32,000 nt of DNA from Candidatus Methylomirabilis limnetica (GTDB lineage: Bacteria; Methylomirabilota; Methylomirabilia; Methylomirabilales; Methylomirabilaceae), in NCBI RefSeq assembly GCF_003044035.1, contig NZ_NVQC01000012.1, positions 1-32,000 on the forward strand. The letters are read 5' to 3'. Below the pieces are notes generated by a model. The model did not search any database, was not told the origin of the DNA, and saw only the letters and a list, made by a program, of their open reading frames with translations. Every line of letters begins with the position of its first letter. Within the stretch, counting starts at the first letter, position 1. This document shows, in pieces, positions 1 through 6,994 of the stretch. The position numbers and the translations under genes are program-made.

Positions 1-163
1 GCTTGCAGGTGACGGCGACGTTCTGCTTGAAGACGCCAGAGGCGGGATCGGCAGCTCGTCGGATCTCGTGAGCGCCATGGCAATCGGTGCAGGTTGCGGC
101 AGTGAGATTGCCTTTCTGTAGGATGGCCAAACAGGAGACAGGACAGGGGGCGGTGCGAAGCAT
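1..163 (-). CDS. possible c-type cytochrome fragment (partial, runs off the 5' window edge)
   Basis: The minus-strand frame from ATG (comp. 161-163) reads MLRTAPCPVSCLAILQKGNLTAATCTDCHGAHEIRRAADPASGVFKQNVAVTCK. It has a CxxCH haem-binding motif (comp. ~77-91) and a second Cys where a further CxxCH could begin at the window edge. An alternative frame is also open here. Confidence 0.25.
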   Translation of the reverse strand, partial: MLRTAPCPVSCLAILQKGNLTAATCTDCHGAHEIRRAADPASGVFKQNVAVTCK

Positions 164-581
164 CGCGAATCAGGTATTTGATGTTTTCCCCTACAGCGCC
201 ACGGTAACCCAGGTAATGATATTGTGACAAGAGGCAGTTGAACAGCGCATAATCCTCCGATTTGAGGCTTACAACCGTGATCCGAAGGGGAATCAATGCC
301 TTGAGACTGTCGCTGATCCCTTCCTTTCGATATGGAACAGATGGATAAGAAGGACGGGACGTAAAAGTAAGTTTCCCCTGGCGGGGAGGCAACACAATAG
401 AGCCAGCTCGCTCCAGTTTCAGCAGGAGGCTGCGGCAGGCCATGTCTTTGTATTGCCCTGTGGGACTTTGCCAGTTCCACAACCTGCAAATCTCCAAAGA
501 GAGGCGGGTGCGGTGCCAGTCGGGGGTGGCAGTAAGCAGCTGTCGGATTTGCTGGACATTTACGGTCATGGATTGTTCCAT
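126..581 (-). pseudogene. DUF4338-like protein, N-terminal ~150 aa only (truncated)
   Basis: This minus-strand ORF from ATG at comp. 579-581 is missing from the ORF track because no stop occurs before the window edge. The translation reads ...RTRLSLEICRLWNWQSPTGQYKDMACRSLLLKLERAGSIVLPP...YALFNCLLSQYHYLGYRGAVGENIKYLIRDASHRPLSCLLFG. This matches my recollection of the DUF4338 pattern. Similarity stops right after LLFG (~126), where the expected AAWK..RD..IGW continuation is absent. Confidence 0.5.
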
Positions 582-730
582 GCCGTGGAATATCACATAA
601 AAAAACGCGTGAGTCCAGCAAAAATGAAGGGGTTCATGAAACTTTTTTAAGGGGTATTCCGTCAGGAAGAAATCACACCTGTTTTATTACTCCATGCTCA
701 GTAGCGGCAAATTATGTGCCGAACAGTATT

Positions 731-1016
731 GGGACAGACACTATTTATTGAAATTCTTTCTTGATCTTCCCCTCTGCAACACGTGTCTTACTCGTCCAGT
801 TTCCTGCGCACCTCCCAGATGAACCCGCCTCTTCGCGGTGGCCGCTCTGTCATCGTGCGCATTCGAATCTCTGTCGTTCTGAAAGACCGCATGGCGATCA
901 TTCCCTCGTTACCTCACATGATACTGGTGGCCGGATGCAACGGTTTGGGTAATCCGTAGTATGCACGATCATGACCGTAAACACCACGAATCGTCACGAT
1001 AAATAGTGTCTGTCCC
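731..1016 (+). mobile_element. TIR-bounded ~286-nt non-coding element, copy 1 (full length)
   Basis: The left end is GGGACAGACACTATTTAT (731-748) and the right end is ATAAATAGTGTCTGTCCC (999-1016), which are inverted repeats. The interior aligns along its length with the copies at 2393, 3488 and 4948. Confidence 0.75.
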
Positions 1017-1079
1017 TATTTTCACGAATCGTCACGATAAATAGTGTCTGTCCCTATTTTAGGTGTCTGTCCCTATTTT
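985..1079 (+). repeat. tandem reiteration of the element right end (38 nt x2 plus a 16-nt third end)
   Basis: cacgaatcgtcacgataaatagtgtctgtccctatttt occurs at 985-1022 and again, identically, at 1023-1060. It is followed by agg and tgtctgtccctatttt (1064-1079). Confidence 0.9.
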
Positions 1080-1122
1080 CTATTTCTGTTTTACCGTCAA
1101 CGGGCGCTGCGATGGCGGCGGA

Positions 1123-2358
1123 TTACTTGCGATTTGATCCAGCGACCAGCCGGTATTCGACCAGGCGGCATTCCAGCGTGCCGTTATAGAGCGGAATCTT
1201 GCGCGAGGGCGCGAGACGGATCGCCTTCATCAGCGCCAATTCGCCGCACAGCACGTACGCCCGCCATCCCGGAAAATTGCGCTTGAGCGTGTCAGCGAAC
1301 GCCGCATATAACGCCGGCAGGTCTTCGTCCGTGCCCAGCCGCACGCCATACGGCGGATTCGTGATGATCAGACCTTCCGCGGTCGGCGCCGTTGCGGTGA
1401 GCGCGTCGGCCAGGCGCAATTCGATCAAGGCGCCCAATCCCAGCCCGGCGACATTGACCCGTGCGGCGGTGATAGCCGGCGGCGAGATGTCCGATCCGTA
1501 CAGTTGCAGGACCGCCGCCGCGCGGCCCGCCTCACCCCTGCGGGCGGCGTCTTCCTGCGCCGCCTGCCACGCTTCGGCGTTGAACCATGCCAGGCGCCGG
1601 AACCCGAACACGCGGCTGAATCCCGGCGCCATGTCGCAGGCCATCATCGCGGCTTCGATCAGGATCGTGCCGCTGCCGCAAAACGGGTCGACTAGGGGCA
1701 GCGCAGCGTTCCATCCGGCGAGCTTGAGCAATCCCGCAGCCAGGTTTTCGCGAAGAGGGGCTTCCAATGCGTCCTGGCGATAGCCGCGCTTGAACAGCGC
1801 CTCGCCGGACGTGTCGAGATAAAACGTGCACGTATCGGCGGTGAGGAAAGCATGGATGCGCACATCCGGGGCCGCCGTATCGACACTCGTCCGCTCGCCA
1901 ACCGCAGTCCGGAAGCGATCGCAGACGGCGTCCTTGATTTTCAGCGTGATGAAGTCCAGGCTGGTCAACGGCGACCGGCTCGCGGTGACATGGACGCGGA
2001 TGGTGTTGGCGACCGCGAACCACTGCGGCCACCGCAAGCGCAATGCCGCATCGTAGATATCCTGCTGGTCGCGATAGCGGCCGACTCCCACTTGCCAGAG
2101 CACGCGACTGGCAAGCCTGCTCCACAGGTTGATCGTGTACACCAGGTCGAGCCTGCCTTCGAACGCGACGCCGCCGTCGGTGGCGCGCGCACTCTTCGCG
2201 CCCAGTTTCTCCAGTTCCACCGCAAGCCCTGCTTCCAGTCCGCGCGGGCAGGTGGCAAAAAAGCACTCTTCGCCGGTGGCGGCCCCGCGTAGCGGCGCCC
2301 ACGCGGGTTGCGCCTTCGAATCCCGGGCTGAATACCTAGAATGGCTTGAGGACGACAA
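1123..2358 (-). CDS. THUMP-domain class I SAM-dependent RNA (N2-guanine/N6-adenine type) methyltransferase
   Basis: 411-aa ORF. It has an FFATCPRGLE...LGA THUMP-type N-terminus, SAM motif I DPFCGSGTILIEAA and catalytic motif IV NPPYG. The start is TTG at 2358 and there is no in-frame ATG nearby, so the start is uncertain. Confidence 0.85.
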   Translation of the reverse strand: MSSSSHSRYSARDSKAQPAWAPLRGAATGEECFFATCPRGLEAGLAVELEKLGAKSARATDGGVAFEGRLDLVYTINLWSRLASRVLWQVGVGRYRDQQDIYDAALRLRWPQWFAVANTIRVHVTASRSPLTSLDFITLKIKDAVCDRFRTAVGERTSVDTAAPDVRIHAFLTADTCTFYLDTSGEALFKRGYRQDALEAPLRENLAAGLLKLAGWNAALPLVDPFCGSGTILIEAAMMACDMAPGFSRVFGFRRLAWFNAEAWQAAQEDAARRGEAGRAAAVLQLYGSDISPPAITAARVNVAGLGLGALIELRLADALTATAPTAEGLIITNPPYGVRLGTDEDLPALYAAFADTLKRNFPGWRAYVLCGELALMKAIRLAPSRKIPLYNGTLECRLVEYRLVAGSNRK

Positions 2359-2392
2359 GGATCACCACCATAAAAAGAATCGTCAAAGTAGC

Positions 2393-2589
2393 GATGAACC
2401 CGCCTCTTCGCGGTGGCCGCTCTGTCATCGTACGCATTCTAATCGCTGTCGTTCCAAAAGACCCTTGGCGATCATTCCCTCGTTGCCTCACATGGTACGG
2501 GTGGCCGGGTGCAACGGTTCAGGTAACCCGTGGCATGCACGATCATGACCGCGAACACCACGAATCGTTGCGATAATAGTGTCTGTCCC
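2393..2589 (+). mobile_element. TIR-element copy 2 (5'-truncated, right end intact)
   Basis: It aligns to copy 1 from gatgaacccgcctcttcgcgg (copy 1 position ~818) to the right end aatagtgtctgtccc (ends 2589). The left ~87 nt, including the left TIR, are missing. Confidence 0.75.
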
Positions 2590-2669
2590 TATTTAAATCG
2601 CAGATGCCACCGGCGCAGACCGGAATAGCAAATGATGGCACTACGGCAGCCGCTGTGATATAAAGCCGC

Positions 2670-3416
2670 ATGCTTACGACCATGGAGCGCAAAGAACTGA
2701 TAGCACTGCAGGGTAAGAAGGAGCGCCAGAGGCGCGGGCTATTTCTCGTGGAGGGCGTAAAGCTCGTGGAAGAGCTGCTTCAGTCGAGATGGGAAGTGGA
2801 ACGTATCTTTGCCGTTGAGACGTGGAGCCCGGGACGAAAGACGCGCGCGCCAGTGGTGCGCATCGGGGACAATGAGCTGGAGCGAGTGTCGGCCATGGAG
2901 GCACCAAACCAGGTTCTTGCTGTCGTGCGCATTCCGAAAGCTGCTCCAGCACCGCCACCGGAAGGACTGGTTCTAGCGCTGGCAGGACTCCGCGATCCCG
3001 GCAACATGGGGACCGTCCTCCGGATCGCAGACTGGTTTGGCGTGTCACGAGTTATCTGCTCACTGGACTGTGCCGAGCGTTTCAATCCAAAGGTTGTCCA
3101 GGCAAGCATGGGTTCCATCTTCCGGGTACCTGTGCACCGGCAAGACCTTGCCGGATACCTTGGCGATTGCGCAAAGCACGTTGAGATCGTCGCCGCCTGC
3201 GCGGCTGGCGGTGAGAACCTGTTCGTCTTGACGCCGCGTGAGCCTGCCGTGGTGATTCTTGGCAGCGAAGGTCAAGGCATACCTGACGCCCTGATGTCGC
3301 ATGTGCGCTGCCGCATGACCATCCCGCGCGCAGGTCATGCGGAGTCGCTCAACGTCGCGGCCGCAGCCGCAGTAGTCTGCGCGGAGTGGAAGCGCGCGGC
3401 GCTATCACGCATGTAG
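2670..3416 (+). CDS. TrmH/SpoU-family RNA 2'-O-ribose methyltransferase
   Basis: 248-aa ORF with SPOUT motifs: GLRDPGNMGTVLRIADWFG, VILGSEGQGI and IPRAGHAESLNVAAAAAV. Confidence 0.85.
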   Translation: MLTTMERKELIALQGKKERQRRGLFLVEGVKLVEELLQSRWEVERIFAVETWSPGRKTRAPVVRIGDNELERVSAMEAPNQVLAVVRIPKAAPAPPPEGLVLALAGLRDPGNMGTVLRIADWFGVSRVICSLDCAERFNPKVVQASMGSIFRVPVHRQDLAGYLGDCAKHVEIVAACAAGGENLFVLTPREPAVVILGSEGQGIPDALMSHVRCRMTIPRAGHAESLNVAAAAAVVCAEWKRAALSRM

Positions 3417-3487
3417 TGCCTCAGAAGGTGTGAAGAAATACGATCGGATCTGCTGAGCTTTAACAGCCATGTGCCCGAGGCGGTCTA

Positions 3488-3705
3488 TTTTCCTGCGCAC
3501 CTCCCAGATGAACCCGTCTCTTCGCAGTAGCCGCTCTGTCATCGTGCGCCTCCGAATCGCTGTCGTTCCGAAAGGCCGCCTGGCAATAACTCCCTCGTTG
3601 CGTCACATGATACGGGTGGCCGGATGCAATGATTCGGGTAATTCGTGGCAGGCACGGGTCATGACCATAACCACCACGAATCGTTGCGATAATAGTGTCT
3701 GTCCC
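3488..3705 (+). mobile_element. TIR-element copy 3 (5'-truncated, right end intact)
   Basis: It aligns to copy 1 from tttcctgcgcacctcccagatgaaccc to aatagtgtctgtccc (ends 3705). The left TIR is absent. Confidence 0.75.
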
Positions 3706-3747
3706 TAATTTTAAAGTATCTGAGCCTGTCCCGCAAACTCTCGTTCA

Positions 3748-3826
3748 CCCTTCGACGCGCTCAGGGCGAACGGTATGGGCATTGAAAAGAAAGATGTTTT
3801 TCCATTCGTGCTGAGCCCGTCGAAGC
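3748..3826. repeat. GC-rich palindromic (REP/MITE-like) element
   Basis: Arm 1 is cccttcgacgcgctcagggcgaacgg (3748-3773). Arm 2 is ccattcgtgctgagcccgtcgaagc (3802-3826), an imperfect reverse complement of arm 1. An AT-rich ~28-nt spacer separates them. Confidence 0.5.
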
Positions 3827-3843
3827 ACAACAAGGGGTTTGTA

Positions 3844-3868
3844 GGACAGGCTCATCTGTCCCTATTTT
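3844..3868 (+). repeat. collapsed or solo ends of the TIR element
   Basis: The sequence is ggacag-gctcat-ctgtccctatttt. A left-end-like GGACAG is joined through 6 nt to a right-end CTGTCCCTATTTT, with no element interior. Confidence 0.5.
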
Positions 3869-3909
3869 CTGGAAGGTCAGCTCCGGGGCCTTCTTGCGCT
3901 TGGGCATAG

Positions 3910-4113
3910 TCAACGCTCCCGAGGCCTGATGCGATACTCCGGCGGGGACTCCCGTAAGGTCGCGCCGTTCTGTTGCCTGGCCGCTTCGCGAATCGTGCGC
4001 ATCCGATCTCGCAACGCGTCGAGCATCGCGAGTTTCTCCACTAAAGGAAGAGCGGTCAGATTCCGGCGAAGCGCCCGCTTGCTGTCGAGAATCCTTTGGA
4101 GGTCGAAGCTCAT
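3910..4113 (-). CDS. small hypothetical protein (67 aa), translationally coupled to the upstream nucleotidyltransferase-fold gene
   Basis: Its ATG overlaps the upstream stop as ATGA (4110-4113). The protein looks helical and charged (MSFDLQRILDSKRALRRNLTALPLVEKLAMLDALRDRMRTIREAA...). Confidence 0.5.
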   Translation of the reverse strand: MSFDLQRILDSKRALRRNLTALPLVEKLAMLDALRDRMRTIREAARQQNGATLRESPPEYRIRPRER

Positions 4114-4601
4114 GTCCCGCTCTGGAGGAAGGTTCTCTCAAATTCGCGCCACCGATCAACGAGTCCGTGCCGCGCCAGGATGGCCTGAAAACGTTTGGCC
4201 TCCAGCGCGTCGGCCTCGACGAACTGGAGTAGCCGCGCCTTGTCTTTGGCCCGGCCGGTCTGCAAAGCGATCGCCGCGAGATGCTCCGCCGTCAAGACCC
4301 ACGCTGCCGTGCCTTCCACGTCCACAGTCACGGCCTCGGCCAGCGCTTCTTCCACCAGCGGACCTGTGGGCGGCAGAAACTGAACGGGCCATCCGGCAAT
4401 AACGATGTATTCGCCCTCGACAACGCCGCCCCGGGCCGTGAGGTAATCGAAGATGGAGCGCGGGCTGATCAGGACCTGGCGGGGTTGTTGTTTAAACCCG
4501 ACGAAGATGTCCACGTCCAGCGTGGCCACCGGTTCGAGGTAAAACGTCGCGCCCACCGCCCCGCCAATGGCGTAGCGCTCCACGACCCTGTCGGTCTCCA
4601 T
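4110..4601 (-). CDS. putative minimal nucleotidyltransferase-fold protein (163 aa)
   Basis: The internal ATG at comp. 4599-4601 gives METDRVVERYAIGGAVGATFYLEPVATLDVDIFV, a GG-x(n)-DxD pol-beta-type NTase signature. The longer 243-aa ORF upstream of this ATG looks like read-through of GC-rich sequence. Confidence 0.6.
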   Translation of the reverse strand: METDRVVERYAIGGAVGATFYLEPVATLDVDIFVGFKQQPRQVLISPRSIFDYLTARGGVVEGEYIVIAGWPVQFLPPTGPLVEEALAEAVTVDVEGTAAWVLTAEHLAAIALQTGRAKDKARLLQFVEADALEAKRFQAILARHGLVDRWREFERTFLQSGT

Positions 4602-4692
4602 CTGATTGATGATACTGATGACGCGGGCAATGCTCACGGCAAGGTCCTTTCCGATGGCCGAAAGTGGAGCGCCCGCTGCAAGTCCGCCTCCG

Positions 4693-4830
4693 TATCCGCC
4701 GCTGTCCGGTGACGCATTCGTGGACCAGGGACTTGCGGTAGGCGACGAACACTTCGATCTGGCGCTCAATTCCACGCGCAACCTGTCGCACTTCGCCGAG
4801 CTTCTTGTCGAGATAATAGGTAATGGGCCT
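4693..4830 (-). pseudogene. hsdS: type I restriction-modification specificity subunit (HsdS) C-terminal remnant
   Basis: The frame reads ITYYLDKKLGEVRQVARGIERQIEVFVAYRKSLVHECVTGQRRI. This matches the conserved distal coiled-coil region of HsdS proteins (..yLD.K...ID.li...e.qIe.L.eyR.sLI.eaVTGk). No target-recognition domain lies upstream. Confidence 0.45.
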
Positions 4831-4947
4831 ATGCACTTCACTCAACTGCCCGCAACTGACTGCACTTGGTGCGCATCTCGCACTCAATATGTTGTGGTAA
4901 AACCGGCGTCGGTTGATTTAAGTGCATAGGCCCAATAGGTAATAATA

Positions 4948-5233
4948 GGGACAGACACTATTTATTGAAATCCTTTCTTGGTCTTCCCTCTGCAGTACGC
5001 GTTTTACTCGTCCCAGTTATCCTGCTCACTTCCCAAATGAACCCATCTCTTTGCAGCGGCCGCTCTGTCATCGTGTACCTTCGAATCGCTGTCGTTCCGA
5101 AAGACCGCCTGGTGGTCATTCCCTCATTGCGTCACATGATACGGGTGGCCGGGTGCAACGATTCGGGTAATCCGTGGTATGCGCGATCATGACCGTACAC
5201 GCCATGAATTGTCACGATAATAGTGTCTGTCCC
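4948..5233 (+). mobile_element. TIR-element copy 4 (full length, 286 nt)
   Basis: The left end is GGGACAGACACTATTTAT (4948-4965) and the right end is ATAATAGTGTCTGTCCC (ends 5233). It is the same length as copy 1. Each end sits in an AATAG-N9-CTATT mini-palindrome. Confidence 0.8.
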
Positions 5234-5239
5234 TATTTT

Positions 5240-5569
5240 ATGGAGTTCAAGAGGTTCCAGGTCAGTCTCGAGATCCCCAGGTCGCACACGCACTTCGCGC
5301 TCATGCTCCCCGGATACGGCCGGAACGTCGAAGAGGCCGTCCCTGCTCACGCGAACCCGCTCGGCGTACGCGAAGGCGAGCCCTGCACGTGACGTCGCTA
5401 GACGTTCGAGAAGCGCGTCAGGATCCCTATCCCGGAGCATCACGCCACGCTTCCCCACCGAGAAGTAGAGGAGTGCGTTGCGCCGGTCGAGTTGCAGCAG
5501 TCGGGTCTGCCACTGCCGAATCGCCTCGACGACTACTTGCTGGCGCGACTTGCTGCTCACAAGCACCAC
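5240..5569 (-). pseudogene. DUF4011-type (large helicase-associated) protein, N-terminal ~110 aa remnant
   Basis: GTG start at 5569. EAIRQWQTRLLQLDRRNALLYFSVGKRGVMLRDRDPDAL matches the DUF4011 N-terminal pattern (w..kLLDls.RNrLLnf...k...l). From codon 5237-5239 onward the ORF reads KIGTDTIIV..., which is the element right end in antisense. Confidence 0.5.
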
Positions 5570-5806
5570 CTCCGTACGCTACTCCGCCCAGTGGCTTTAC
5601 CGACACGCCTTTTGCTCACCGTGAGCAAGCCACGCCGATGGCGTCGGCGACGTCCTGCAAGAAATGAAACCCGAATCCTGACATCTGGCCGCATGCGGGG
5701 CCTGAAGGCGCCTAACGCTAGGTTTCAGCCGCACCTGGAAGCCAGAGCGAGGCGCGAGCGGAGGCTGGAAGACGTCGGCCGCAAACCCTTGTTCGACTGT
5801 GTCTGG

Positions 5807-6208
5807 CTAGGGAAAAAGGCCGAGGCGCATCCACTGCTGCCGGGCCGCGACCTGGGCCGTGCTGTTCATCCCCAAGCGCACCACTGTTGTCCTACCGCTC
5901 GGGGTGAGCCCTTCGATCTCTCCGCTCTCGGCAGCGATGCGGAAATGGTCCTCCCACTGGTCCTCCCGCGGGTGGAACAGACGGACAACCACATGGCTCT
6001 CGGGATCATTGCCGCTGACGTGCGTGGCCTTATAAAGATTGCAGGCGCGGCAGGCCAGCGCCCAATTCGCGGCAGTATCGTCGCCGCCCCGGGAGACTGG
6101 CACAATATGTTCGACTTCTAGCGGCAGGTTGAAGACGGCTTCCGGCGCGTGGCAATACTCACACCGATGGCCAGCCCGGAGCGCCACCTGCGTATAGTGC
6201 GGGTTCAT
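5807..6208 (-). CDS. HNH endonuclease (small, stand-alone)
   Basis: 133 aa. It has CEYCHAPE...EVEHIVPVSRGGDDTAANWALACRACNLYK, an HNH/zinc-ribbon motif set. Confidence 0.8.
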   Translation of the reverse strand: MNPHYTQVALRAGHRCEYCHAPEAVFNLPLEVEHIVPVSRGGDDTAANWALACRACNLYKATHVSGNDPESHVVVRLFHPREDQWEDHFRIAAESGEIEGLTPSGRTTVVRLGMNSTAQVAARQQWMRLGLFP

Positions 6209-6567
6209 CGCCCCAAGGCGTCAGCCAATGTGGCAGCTCGCGCTGCTGCTGCGTGCAACTCCGCTTCGACGAGCGCTTCCAGCTCGGTCTGCTCGTCCAT
6301 AGACAGCGTATACCCTTGGTCTCGCACGGTCCGCCAGCGCTCCATCAGTGCGGAAAGGCTCTGTTGTTGGGCTGCAGTGAAGAACCGATCCGAGCGCAGA
6401 CTTTGCACGATGACCAGCGTGCTCGTCTCGTCCGCAGATAATTGCGCTGTGAGCGCGTCTAACGCTTCCCCCACTGTTTTGCCCTCGGCGTGCTTTGTAC
6501 CAGCGATGGCACAGTAGGAAAGCTCGCCGTGCCCCGCTGGGATAGGCAAGATGGCTACCTTTGTCAT
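6205..6567 (-). CDS. hypothetical protein (120 aa) translationally coupled to the HNH endonuclease gene
   Basis: It has a 4-nt overlap with the downstream HNH gene. Coding looks coherent and there is no better ORF in this interval. Confidence 0.55.
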   Translation of the reverse strand: MTKVAILPIPAGHGELSYCAIAGTKHAEGKTVGEALDALTAQLSADETSTLVIVQSLRSDRFFTAAQQQSLSALMERWRTVRDQGYTLSMDEQTELEALVEAELHAAAARAATLADALGR

Positions 6568-6785
6568 AGTGACGACCTCCTACTGGCCATTGAAAGGCGT
6601 TCAAGCCGTACTTTCCCTTAGGCTGTAGCCTAACGGTATTGAGTGGGCTGGTCAGTCTAGCTCTGTTACAACCTGTTAACGTTAGACGAACTAGTCGAAC
6701 AGCCGCGTCTCGCGGTCATAGCGCCGGTGGCACTGCGGCTCCTCGTAGGGTGAAATAATGATAAGACAGTCGATAATGGCGCTCA

Positions 6786-6971
6786 CTATTCGGTATCCCA
6801 AGCCAGGGTCATGCCTTCCTGCGCTAGCGCTGTTCGTACGGTGTGCCGCACGAGTGCAGCGATCTCGATCGCATGGCGTGCCTCCTCTTCGGTTACTGCC
6901 TGGTCTTCACCGGGATAGCGCGCCGTGATCGCAAATGGGGTGAGTTCTTCTGCTTCATGGAGGGCTTCCAC
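6786..6971 (-). pseudogene. HEPN-domain protein, C-terminal half only
   Basis: 61 codons from GTG, with an in-frame TAG immediately upstream (comp. 6972-6974). ...ELTPFAITARYPGEDQAVTEEEARHAIEIAALV resembles the C-terminal helices of PF05168-type HEPN partners of nucleotidyltransferases. The N-terminal helices are missing. Confidence 0.5.
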
Positions 6972-6994
6972 CTACCACCTTTTGCCGAATCACT

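Noticed and set aside
1199-2302. ORFs overlapping the THUMP methyltransferase gene on both strands (1199-1783, 1532-2302, 1852-2292 and others)
   Set aside because: They have Arg/Ala/Pro-rich composition, no motifs, and lie within a well-supported CDS.
4602-4841. N-terminal extension of the nucleotidyltransferase-fold ORF (243-aa version)
   Set aside because: The extension overlaps the hsdS-like remnant in another frame and has no coding character. The conserved NTase N-terminus begins at the internal Met (comp. 4599-4601).
761-5192. ORFs inside the TIR-element copies (761-952, 2346-2576, 2129-2548, 3469-3708, 4965-5192)
   Set aside because: The open frame differs between copies and start and stop positions are not conserved. 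Substitutions fit RNA pairing rather than codon structure, so these are chance ORFs.
5492-6121. 209-aa plus-strand ORF spanning the DUF4011 remnant upstream region and the HNH gene
   Set aside because: It is antisense to the motif-bearing HNH CDS and has an Arg/Leu/Pro-rich sequence without motifs.
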